Shown piece by piece: positions 1-8,469 of a stretch of DNA of 64,000 bases. Positions within the stretch are counted from its first letter, which is position 1. The number at the start of each line of letters is the position of its first letter. The position numbers were made by a program, and so were the translations under genes. Under the pieces are notes generated by a model, which saw nothing but the letters and a program-made list of their open reading frames with translations, did not search any database and was not told the DNA's origin. The DNA is taken from assembly GCA_963653535.1 (NCBI GenBank), contig CAVJWU010000001.1, positions 45,030 through 109,029 on the forward strand. The letters run 5' to 3'. Origin of the DNA: Azospirillum sp. CAG:239 (GTDB lineage: Bacteria; Bacillota_I; Bacilli_A; RFN20; CAG-449).

Positions 1-1068
1 GTCAGAAGAATGGAAAGCAAGATTCTTATCGCCTTTAGCGTTTACATCAAAATAATAAGCATAAGTATTATTTTTTGAAGCATATTTTCTTGCCATAATT
101 CCTAAAATAAGCGTGAACATGTCGTTATTTGTAAAACCAATGATAGTCGGAATGGTGATTTTATTTTTTAATAAATTTTCTTCTTTATCAGATAAATAAT
201 AATGATCAATCATCGTCATAGTCGATATTTGATTATCTTTTCTTCTTGCTTTTACTTTTTCTAATGCATCAAAAATCTTCTTTGGTTCGATATTTCGAAA
301 TTCTTCTAAAGAAGTACATAAACATTCTTTCATGACGTCTAAATAATATTCTCGACGTTCTTCAACTTTTTTAGGAGTAGCAAGAGAAGGAAATTTTCCT
401 CCTCCAGACATCATGATAGCTTTTGAAAATAAACCTTCTATTCGAGAAGAAACTAACATTGTCTGAATTGACATCGCGCCGGCAGATTGACCCATAATCG
501 TAACGTTATTTGGATCACCACCAAATTCTTTAATGTGGTGCTTAACCCATTTTAATGCGACAACTTGATCATCAAAACCAAAATTACCATCATGATGAAA
601 TTCTTTTTCAATATCTTCATGACAGAAATAACCAAATATTCCGACACGATATTGAATAAATACGCTTACGATGCCATTACGAGAATAAATTTCTCCATCA
701 AACGCGGATTCATAGTTCGCTCCTGAATCAAAACCTCCCCCGTGAATAAATACCATGACAGGATAGTTAGAACCACCTTTAGGCGTAAAAATATTTAAGT
801 TAAGACAATCTTCTGAATAAGTAAAGTTAATTCCTTCACGGAATTCTTTATGATAAAACATCCTTGCTGGTACTTCTAAATGAGGATAATAACATCTTTT
901 TTGAATGCATGCATCGCCATATTTAAATGCATTAAAATCTCCTAAAAAGGAGATTTCTTCTGCATATTTAAATCGAGAGGCTTTTGCAAAAGGAATACCT
1001 AAATATGCATAATCATATTCCCTTTCTAACCCATTAATAGTACCCAAACTTGTTTTTAGGCTAACCAT
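1..1068 (-). CDS. Carboxylesterase type B / para-nitrobenzyl-esterase-like alpha/beta hydrolase. The C-terminus is truncated by the window edge and the start codon is at 1068.
   Basis: Minus-strand translation from the ATG at 1066-1068 gives MVSLKTSLGTINGLEREYDYAYLGIPFAKA...VMVFIHGGGF...GQSAGA. HGGGF is the oxyanion-hole motif and GQSAG the nucleophile-elbow motif of type-B carboxylesterases. The ORF runs off the window start. Confidence 0.7.
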   Translation of the reverse strand, partial: MVSLKTSLGTINGLEREYDYAYLGIPFAKASRFKYAEEISFLGDFNAFKYGDACIQKRCYYPHLEVPARMFYHKEFREGINFTYSEDCLNLNIFTPKGGSNYPVMVFIHGGGFDSGANYESAFDGEIYSRNGIVSVFIQYRVGIFGYFCHEDIEKEFHHDGNFGFDDQVVALKWVKHHIKEFGGDPNNVTIMGQSAGAMSIQTMLVSSRIEGLFSKAIMMSGGGKFPSLATPKKVEERREYYLDVMKECLCTSLEEFRNIEPKKIFDALEKVKARRKDNQISTMTMIDHYYLSDKEENLLKNKITIPTIIGFTNNDMFTLILGIMARKYASKNNTYAYYFDVNAKGDKNLAFHSSD

Positions 1069-1070
1069 TA

Positions 1071-2585
1071 TTATTCACCACCAATTGTAATTTCATTTTT
1101 TTCTACTTGATTAGCAAGTAAAACTTCTTTTTGATCTTGTAATTCTTCAGTCTTCTTCTTATTTAAGCTATATACAAAGATTAATACTAATTCCATGAGT
1201 AAGAATAATACAGCAGGAATAATTGTCGCCATATAATACATGACATTTAATGTTGAAGATGTTTGTACGCTTCCAGCACCTGATTTATAATTCATTCCAA
1301 TTAAAGCTCCGTTAACTGCGACAGCTGCGACAACTTGACCTAATTTTCTAAAGAACATGAATACTGAATAAGAAGAACCGTCATTTCTTAAACCAGTTTT
1401 AACTTCAACTTCATCAATTGCATCAGTCGCAAGAGCCCATATTTCTAAAGTGATAATTGATAAACCAATTCCAGAAACTAAACAGAATACTAAGAATAAT
1501 GCTGGTACGTTAATAATGACATCTTTTAAGAAGATTAAGATAAAGTTAGGTATCGCAGCTACTAATGAACCGACAACACATAATTCTTTTTTACCATATT
1601 TTTTAACTAGTTTTCCAGCGAAGAACATAATGACAACCATTGGTCCATATGTACAAGCTTGAGAAGCAAGGTTCATCCAGTTCGCAGAGAATAAATCATT
1701 AAATAAATATGTATAGAATGATTGAGTAAACATTTGTCCTGCAAGGAGAAGTAAACCAACTAAGCATACGGCAACAAATGATTTATTTTTTAAAAGAGTT
1801 TTTGCAATTCGCATCGCTTCACCTTTTTTATGAACGCTAGGTTTAGCAACTACTCTTTCTTTATTGTTTTTATAAGCAACGAATAAGAGAATACCTCCTA
1901 AGATAGCAAGAATGGAGACACCAATTATAATAGGTAAATATTGAACTTGTGTTAATTGCTTACCATTTTCACCAATGACTGCATTACCATCGTTATCAAA
2001 TACTTTCTTTGAATAAAACATCGTTAGAACTAATATTGGCATGGATCCTAATGCAGCCCCGGCGGAACGAAAGACAGAGAGTTTATTTCTTTCTTTTACA
2101 TCAGTAGTAACAACACTTGCAAGTGATCCATAAGGAATTTGATGGACAGTATAAATCATACCAAATAAGATATATGTAACCGCGGCATAGATACTTACTC
2201 CAACTGTTCCCATCTTACTAGCGAGACTAGGCCAAGGAAGGAACATTAAGATAGTGGCAAGAGCTAAAGGAATTGCGACCCATTTCATCCATATTCTATA
2301 ACGACCTTCTTTACCAGGTTTTCTAATATCGACAATTCGACCCATAATTGGATCATTAATTGCATCCCAAATTCTTGCACAAACAAACATTAACATGATA
2401 AATAAAGGAGCTAAACCTAAAATATCAGTATAATATTTTTGTAAGATGGTGGTTACAGTTGAAAAGCATAGACAACCTGCAAAATCACCTAATGCATAGC
2501 CGATATAATCTTTTGATTGTAAACCGGAAGTTTTTTCGATGTAGGTACGTTTATTTTCTACACCTGCTTGATTATCTTTTTCCAT
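1071..2585 (-). CDS. Glycoside-pentoside-hexuronide (GPH) family MFS symporter
   Basis: 504 aa with 12 predicted transmembrane helices. The N-terminal region carries the GPH/MelB-type motif ...WDAINDPIMGRIVD..., and a DxxxGxxGRYR-like loop is present. Confidence 0.65.
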   Translation of the reverse strand: MEKDNQAGVENKRTYIEKTSGLQSKDYIGYALGDFAGCLCFSTVTTILQKYYTDILGLAPLFIMLMFVCARIWDAINDPIMGRIVDIRKPGKEGRYRIWMKWVAIPLALATILMFLPWPSLASKMGTVGVSIYAAVTYILFGMIYTVHQIPYGSLASVVTTDVKERNKLSVFRSAGAALGSMPILVLTMFYSKKVFDNDGNAVIGENGKQLTQVQYLPIIIGVSILAILGGILLFVAYKNNKERVVAKPSVHKKGEAMRIAKTLLKNKSFVAVCLVGLLLLAGQMFTQSFYTYLFNDLFSANWMNLASQACTYGPMVVIMFFAGKLVKKYGKKELCVVGSLVAAIPNFILIFLKDVIINVPALFLVFCLVSGIGLSIITLEIWALATDAIDEVEVKTGLRNDGSSYSVFMFFRKLGQVVAAVAVNGALIGMNYKSGAGSVQTSSTLNVMYYMATIIPAVLFLLMELVLIFVYSLNKKKTEELQDQKEVLLANQVEKNEITIGGE

Positions 2586-2744
2586 AATATTTTCCTTTCA
2601 AGGACATTACCTATAAATTTATCTTAGCATAAATGTAAGCGCTTTACTAAGTTATGACTTATTTTCTGTATAATTTTTTAAGTCACTTAAATAATATTGT
2701 TTAATTAACCAGTATTATAGAAAAAAAGGGCATATAAAATATAA

Positions 2745-2776
2745 TGAAAAAACCTTCTAAATTCTCTAGAAGGTTT
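2745..2776 (-). terminator. Rho-independent terminator for the phosphatase lipoprotein gene
   Basis: Inverted repeat aaccttcta / tagaaggtt (2751-2775), followed on the minus strand by a run of six T. Confidence 0.5.
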
Positions 2777-2794
2777 AATGATTATATTCATGTT

Positions 2795-3919
2795 TTATTT
2801 AGAAATTAATGTAATGAAAGAAGAGATTTCATTTTCGTTCATTCCACCGGCTTTTAAATATTCCTTAGCTTTAGAAACAAGATTAATAGAAGGATAATCT
2901 TCTTTTTTTGCTTCAAAATCTAAACATTCAACGAATGAATCGAAATATAAATTAACAATTGCATTATATTTAGAAGGATCATTTTCTTCTGTGAAGTGAT
3001 AATAATTAGAATAAGTCATCATATAATCAACTTTCATTTCTTCATAAGTCGCGCCGGCAAGAGCTTCAATTAAGAAACAAACAAATCCAGTTCTATCTTT
3101 ACCTTCCATACAATGGATGTAATAAGGTCCATTGTGATTTAACATATATCTTAATCCTGTTACTAACTTTTGTGCATATGGTATTGTTGTATAACCTGAG
3201 CCCATACTTAATAAGATCATATTATCGTTATCATAGAGAGATTTTGTATATGTAGAAGAAAAATCATCTTGAGACATATATTTATTTAATGTTTCAGTTG
3301 AATCAGCTAGATCAATAACACATTTAATTTTGTTCTTTTCTAGAAGTGAATCAGTAATTTTTGCTCTTGAACGAGAATTATCAACTGGTGAAGCACCTCG
3401 AAATAGAAAATTATCTTTTAATGAACCACCTTTTAAAGGCCTAAAGTTAGAAAATTCTTCATCACTAGTATATGTATTTCGATCTAAAGAATAAGATTGA
3501 CCTAAGGCGTTCTGCGTTACTAGATATTTTTCTTTTTCGTTAAGAGAAATACTTACAGTATAACTTTCATTTAATCCCACGGCATCCCAAATACCGGTAT
3601 TATTGTATGTGAGAGTGATATATTCATCACTTGGATAAGCGACTAAAACTGGATCACCATTTTTAACATAATATCCATTGTAATAAGGAATATCGCTGAT
3701 AGAAAAACCATTAGAGAAGGTAACATTAACGCTGTCACCTAGAGAGAAACCAAGTGAAGAAAATTCTTCGCTAGTTACTAAAATCGTACATGCTTTAAAG
3801 GTGACATTTTCTTTAATTGCACAATCTTTTAAAATAGGTGTTTTACTTCCACAAGAAGTTAGTCCTAAAAGGATAATCGAGCTTAAGAAAGAAGCAGTTA
3901 ATTTATTTAAAGTATTCAT
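2795..3919 (-). CDS. Lipoprotein with a protein-tyrosine-phosphatase-like (Y_phosphatase3 type) domain
   Basis: Signal peptide and lipobox (LLGLTSC). CX5R phosphatase P-loop HCMEGKDRTG near residue 270. Confidence 0.6.
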   Translation of the reverse strand: MNTLNKLTASFLSSIILLGLTSCGSKTPILKDCAIKENVTFKACTILVTSEEFSSLGFSLGDSVNVTFSNGFSISDIPYYNGYYVKNGDPVLVAYPSDEYITLTYNNTGIWDAVGLNESYTVSISLNEKEKYLVTQNALGQSYSLDRNTYTSDEEFSNFRPLKGGSLKDNFLFRGASPVDNSRSRAKITDSLLEKNKIKCVIDLADSTETLNKYMSQDDFSSTYTKSLYDNDNMILLSMGSGYTTIPYAQKLVTGLRYMLNHNGPYYIHCMEGKDRTGFVCFLIEALAGATYEEMKVDYMMTYSNYYHFTEENDPSKYNAIVNLYFDSFVECLDFEAKKEDYPSINLVSKAKEYLKAGGMNENEISSFITLISK

Positions 3920-3970
3920 AAGGTAACCTCCTACTTATAATTATTATAAAGTTAAGTGAAATATGTGTCA

Positions 3971-3999
3971 AACAACAAAAAAGGTGGTTAATACCACCT
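3971..3999 (-). terminator. Rho-independent terminator that overlaps the stop codon of the GDPD gene
   Basis: aggtgg-ttaata-ccacct hairpin (3982-3999), followed on the minus strand by TTTTTTGTTGTTTG. Confidence 0.45.
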
Positions 4000-4753
4000 A
4001 TTTGTTCTTTAATGAATCTCTAACAAAATTACAATCAATATGTTGGAAAGTAATCGTATCGCAATAAGGTAAAGAAGCAGTTACAATTCCTTTATCTTCA
4101 ACAGTCCAGATATTAACGATATGTTTTTTATAATATCGACGAATTTTCTTCATATTTAAGAAGGTGTATTCTAAATCAACTCCTTCGAAGAAATGTCTAA
4201 AATGATAAACGTATTCATGTTTATTATCATGTGCGACTAGTAATTGTCGCACAATACCAAATTTTTTAAATGGAAGTAAAACACGAGGATCAAAAGATAT
4301 TAACATGTATTTAGATTTATCTTTAATATCTTTTAATTCTTCTTTAAGTTTATTAGCTAGAGCTTTGTAATTTCTTTTATAAACCTTTAATTCAATAACT
4401 AATGGTACGCGTTCATTTATTAATGATAAGACTTCTTGTAAAGAAGGAATTTGTTCACCATCTTTAAGTAGATAATATTTCTTTAATTCTTCTAATGATA
4501 AATCTTCAACAATACCTTCTTTTCCTGTTACTCTTAATAAGGAAGAATCATGAATAACGACTAATTTATTATCTTTTGTTAAATGGACATCTAGTTCAAT
4601 TGCCATATCGTTATTAATCGCGTTATTAAAGGCTCTAAGACCATTTTCAATATCGCTTGAATTATGATATCCACGATGACAAATGCCTAAAAAGAAACGT
4701 GGATCTAATGATTTTTTTAATGCTTCTTTTTTCATATTAATCCTCTTGATCAA
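3998..4753 (-). CDS. Glycerophosphodiester phosphodiesterase (GDPD family)
   Basis: N-terminal HRGYHNS...ENGLRAF...ELDVHLTKDNKLVVIHD catalytic motifs of GlpQ/UgpQ-type GDPD enzymes. Confidence 0.75.
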   Translation of the reverse strand: MIKRINMKKEALKKSLDPRFFLGICHRGYHNSSDIENGLRAFNNAINNDMAIELDVHLTKDNKLVVIHDSSLLRVTGKEGIVEDLSLEELKKYYLLKDGEQIPSLQEVLSLINERVPLVIELKVYKRNYKALANKLKEELKDIKDKSKYMLISFDPRVLLPFKKFGIVRQLLVAHDNKHEYVYHFRHFFEGVDLEYTFLNMKKIRRYYKKHIVNIWTVEDKGIVTASLPYCDTITFQHIDCNFVRDSLKNK

Positions 4754-6155
4754 ATGCTTCTAATCCTTTAGAAATCTTTACTTTATTTGTTTTTATATTT
4801 TTAACAAACATAAAGACTATAGTTGAAACACATAAACAACAAAGAGCATAGATTGGCAAGAAGGAAAAGTCAAGACCATCGATTAACATTAATGAGCCTA
4901 AAGCGATAGGAGTAATAGTTTGGCTTGCCATACTTGATGCGTAATAATAACCAGTAAATGCACCAATCTTTTTAGAAGAACATAATTCAACAACCATTGG
5001 GAAAGAATTGACGTGAACTAGAGACATACCTAAGCCTTTAATAAACCAAATTATATAAATAACAAATGGGAAAGTTCCACTTCCTGCTGCACCATTTAGG
5101 AAAGTCAAAGAAGCGATAACCCAAAATAAATAACTTAATAATGATAATGCTAGACCAGTAACAATCGTCCATTTTCTACCTATCTTTTCAGCGATAATAC
5201 CACCAAAAGCAAAACCGATAACTGAACCTATACCGCCTACAATAGTATTAATCATATTTGAAGAAGTAGACGCTTTTAAATAATAAATTGTGTAGTTACC
5301 CATGAAAGTTGCAATACCATTATCTGCCATAAACCAGAAGAATTCAGCGATTAAGATAAAGATTAACATTCTCTTATTTGCTTTAGTCATTGGTTTATCA
5401 TCTTCAATTTTATTTTCAACCGCGGCTAATTCTTCTCCTAGGGCTAATTCTTCTTTCATTTCTTCTTCAACCTTATTTTCATTAATTGAGAAGAATAAGA
5501 CTAAAGCTGAAATAACCATTAAGACAGAAGCGAGTAAGAAAGGAACTTCAATCGCCCAAATATTATTAGTTTGCCAAGTGACTTTCTTAGTGCCTAAATA
5601 TTGACTCAATACGAAGAAAATACCAACTATTGTCGCACATGCTCCACCAATATAACCCATGATATTAATAATACCATTAGCTTTAGATCTTAATGGCTTA
5701 GGTGTCATATCTGGCATTAATGCAACAGCAGGATTACGATACATCATCATAAATGTTACAACAATTGCCATCATGATGATAGTTCCTACTAAGTTATTAT
5801 AATGGAAGAAAACAGGAATGAATGGGAAAGCAATCGCACATACTAATGTACCAACTAGGATATAAGGCATTCTTTTACCAATTTTAGTATGAGTTTTATC
5901 TGATAATTTCCCAAATATTGGTAATAAGATTAATGCGGCTAAATTATCCATGGCCATCATTATACCGACAAGATATTGAACTTCTTTAGCGTTAGTAATA
6001 TTTAACGCTTTAGAGAATAACTCGGTTAAAAACGTAGGACACCATGAATCATAGACTTGCCATAGTAAGAGGATACCAAAGAAAGCAAAACCGATAATGA
6101 AAGTTCTTTTATAGTTTAGCTTTAATGGCTTTTGTTCTTTAGTTTGATTATCCAT
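4737..6155 (-). CDS. MFS transporter, GPH-like, with an acidic central loop
   Basis: 472 aa, polytopic. Contains GKLSDKTHTKIGKRMPYIL, a D-x6-G-[KR]-R-x-P loop typical of GPH/MFS transporters. Overlaps the downstream GDPD gene by 17 nt, suggesting an operon. Confidence 0.55.
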   Translation of the reverse strand: MDNQTKEQKPLKLNYKRTFIIGFAFFGILLLWQVYDSWCPTFLTELFSKALNITNAKEVQYLVGIMMAMDNLAALILLPIFGKLSDKTHTKIGKRMPYILVGTLVCAIAFPFIPVFFHYNNLVGTIIMMAIVVTFMMMYRNPAVALMPDMTPKPLRSKANGIINIMGYIGGACATIVGIFFVLSQYLGTKKVTWQTNNIWAIEVPFLLASVLMVISALVLFFSINENKVEEEMKEELALGEELAAVENKIEDDKPMTKANKRMLIFILIAEFFWFMADNGIATFMGNYTIYYLKASTSSNMINTIVGGIGSVIGFAFGGIIAEKIGRKWTIVTGLALSLLSYLFWVIASLTFLNGAAGSGTFPFVIYIIWFIKGLGMSLVHVNSFPMVVELCSSKKIGAFTGYYYASSMASQTITPIALGSLMLIDGLDFSFLPIYALCCLCVSTIVFMFVKNIKTNKVKISKGLEAFDQED

Positions 6156-6248
6156 AAAAAAATCTCCTTACCTTTAATTGTAAGCGTTTTCAATAAAAAA
6201 TCTAGCCCTAATTTTGTTAAGACTAGATTATTTACAAGTTTTTTACAA

Positions 6249-6884
6249 TTATTTAGAGAATAATTCTTTGGCTAATTTAGGTAATTCTAATAATGAATTT
6301 ATTTTGTATTCATCATTTTCAATAACACCAAATCCATATGCAGCATGAATGAATTTAACATTAGCTTTATTTGATTCTACTTTATCTTTTAAGGTATCAC
6401 CAACATAAATAACTTCATCAATACCTTCTTTTTCTTTTAGATACATGATGTTTTGATATTTTGCTAGACCTAAATCGCCTGCGCATAACTTACCTTTAAA
6501 ATATTTATCTTTTCCACAAGACGAGAGATAATTTTCTATATAACCTTTATCACAATTTGAGACGACATATAAAAAATAATCTTTCATTAATTCTTCGAGT
6601 ACTTCATCTTCATGAGGATAAATTGTGCCAGGCTTTTTTGCAAGAAACTCAATTTCTCCTTTAATACATTCTTTAAAGAGCTTCATCGCTTTTTCTTCTT
6701 CTAAACCAGGAAAAGTAATAGGAAGAGTTTCTAATGGGGTTAATCCCATCGTAGACTTAATCATCTCGAAAGAAAATCTAAATGGTTCATTAAGTTCAAT
6801 CATCGTTTTATTCCAACTTTCTTTAATTTGGTCGATTGCATCCCATAAAGTTCCATCTAAATCAAAAAATATCGCTTGTTTCAT
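6249..6884 (-). CDS. HAD-superfamily hydrolase/phosphatase
   Basis: The N-terminus has FFDLDGTLWD (HAD motif I), and a later VGDTLKD matches motif III or IV. Confidence 0.65.
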   Translation of the reverse strand: MKQAIFFDLDGTLWDAIDQIKESWNKTMIELNEPFRFSFEMIKSTMGLTPLETLPITFPGLEEEKAMKLFKECIKGEIEFLAKKPGTIYPHEDEVLEELMKDYFLYVVSNCDKGYIENYLSSCGKDKYFKGKLCAGDLGLAKYQNIMYLKEKEGIDEVIYVGDTLKDKVESNKANVKFIHAAYGFGVIENDEYKINSLLELPKLAKELFSK

Positions 6885-7017
6885 ATCTATAAATACCTTC
6901 TTTCTTATTCATTATATTAAATTATTTTACATTTGTAAATTTTCTTAATTTGTTTACTAATTAGTTATTGATTTCAATTCTTTTTAGTTTATTATATTAA
7001 AGCGAAAGGAGAAATTT

Positions 7018-7464
7018 ATGAAAAAATATTTAAAAGTTTGTGCTTTAGCATTAAGCTTAACTACCTTATTTTCTTGTTCACAAGGTGAAGATAGTTCTTT
7101 AAAAGTTTATACTGATGCAAGTTATAGATTTATGAATTTAAGCTGTGATGTAGGTGAATACAAACAAGTTTCTGCGATTGGATTAAACGTTGATAATCGT
7201 AATGATAAAAACGTCACATTAACTAATACTGATTTTAAAGTTTCATCAAAAGATAAAGAATACACATGCTTATATTTCGTTCTTGAATATGATATTGCTT
7301 CAAAAGCAGTTAAATCATTTAAGACAACTATTGATATCATTCCTTCAGATAATGGTACTACAGTTAAACAAAGTCAAATTTTTGTTGCTTTCTCAAATGA
7401 AATTGATACTACAAGTTATACTATTTCTTATAAAGGAACAACTTTAAAAGATATGGGAGCGTAA
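7018..7464 (+). CDS. Small lipoprotein of unknown function
   Basis: Signal peptide with lipobox LFSC. Strong RBS AAAGGAGAAA placed 7 nt upstream of the start. Confidence 0.5.
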   Translation: MKKYLKVCALALSLTTLFSCSQGEDSSLKVYTDASYRFMNLSCDVGEYKQVSAIGLNVDNRNDKNVTLTNTDFKVSSKDKEYTCLYFVLEYDIASKAVKSFKTTIDIIPSDNGTTVKQSQIFVAFSNEIDTTSYTISYKGTTLKDMGA

Positions 7465-7477
7465 ATCGATTTAAATT

Positions 7478-7530
7478 AACCCTGAGTTAGACTAATATCA
7501 TTTAGTATAACTTAGGGTTTTTCTTTTGTT
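7478..7530 (+). terminator. Rho-independent terminator
   Basis: aaccctgagtt ... aacttagggtt stem containing one G·U pair, followed by TTTTCTTTTGTTTT. Confidence 0.4.
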
Positions 7531-7668
7531 TTATTAGCTATTTTAAGTAAAAAATATAAATAAAATTTAATTTGTTTTATTTTACATTTAGGTCTTTTCA
7601 TATATAATTATATTTAAAGGGAATAAACTTAAAATAATTAAATTAAAAGAAAGGAGAAAGGAGTTATT

Positions 7669-8469
7669 ATGGATAATACATCGGGATTAAAACGTCGTTT
7701 AATACTTAGTATATTTACATTATCCATAACTTTTTCTTTGACTATATTTACTACTTTTAGTTGGTTTGTAGTAAGTAATTCTAGTACTGCTAGTAATATC
7801 GCTATTGAAGTTGCGAACAATGGATTAGTAAAGAATGTTACAATTCATTCATTTAAGGAATCTTCACAAAATACAAGAACTTATGATGAAAATGCAGTTG
7901 TTACTTATACTGTCGATAAATCTACTGGTTTAATAACTACTACTGATGAAGTTGCTTCTCTAGGTAAGTATGATTCGTTAGAATCTCAAACTATATTTTC
8001 TTGTCTATATGTCATTACTTTTGATACAGAGGTCCTTAAAGAGAGATCATCTAGTATTTCAATTGTTCCTTCAACAACAACTTCTGAAGATAATTCGTTA
8101 TTAAATACTAAAATACAAACTAGCGATAATCCAATGAGTTCGATTATTACTTTTTCTTATCCAAGTAACGTTACTAAAGATAGTTCAGGTAATTATCAAA
8201 TGGATTTTTCTTCTATTACTAGTGAACAATTTCTCAAGGTTAGTTCTTCTTCAGAAACAACTTATGTTCAAACTCTTAATGGAATAAGTATTGATCCTAG
8301 TTCAATTACATCTACAGAAGAAAATTATTATGTTTATATGACAGTATCTTACTTAATTAATAATATTGAATATATTTATTCATTAAATTTAGGTAGTACT
8401 GTTTTAGATAACATTGGAGATGATACTTCAATTACATATAAACAAGATTGGAAGATAAAGATATTATGA
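7669..8469 (+). CDS. Secreted Ser/Thr-rich protein with a SipW-cognate-like (TasA/camelysin class) signal peptide
   Basis: Begins MDNTSGLKRRLILSIFTLSITFSLTIFTTFSWFVVSN. A hydrophobic segment ends in T-F-S-W-F, resembling the T-[FY]-A-[FY]-F-[ST] class of signal peptides cleaved by SipW. The downstream sequence is S/T-rich. Confidence 0.5.
   Translation: MDNTSGLKRRLILSIFTLSITFSLTIFTTFSWFVVSNSSTASNIAIEVANNGLVKNVTIHSFKESSQNTRTYDENAVVTYTVDKSTGLITTTDEVASLGKYDSLESQTIFSCLYVITFDTEVLKERSSSISIVPSTTTSEDNSLLNTKIQTSDNPMSSIITFSYPSNVTKDSSGNYQMDFSSITSEQFLKVSSSSETTYVQTLNGISIDPSSITSTEENYYVYMTVSYLINNIEYIYSLNLGSTVLDNIGDDTSITYKQDWKIKIL

Noticed and set aside
1450-1662. Short ORFs nested inside or antisense to large genes (for example 1450-1662, 5302-5604, 6625-6948, 7122-7340, 12098-12334, 16867-17121, 19344-19577, 22578-22811, 46722-47009, 50585-50923, 55266-55478, 61360-61695, 63020-63211)
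   Set aside because: They fall entirely within well-supported CDSs in other frames. They lack RBSs, and their low-complexity composition is typical of AT-rich sequence.
8448-8465. Upstream starts in the ORF track (8448, 23065, 44963, 49536, 53568, 55571, 59391)
   Set aside because: These begin at TTG or at positions without an RBS, and they overlap upstream genes or promoters. Downstream ATG or GTG codons with good Shine-Dalgarno spacing and conserved protein N-termini were preferred, for example metK MTKQKILFTSE and trkA MKIVIIG.
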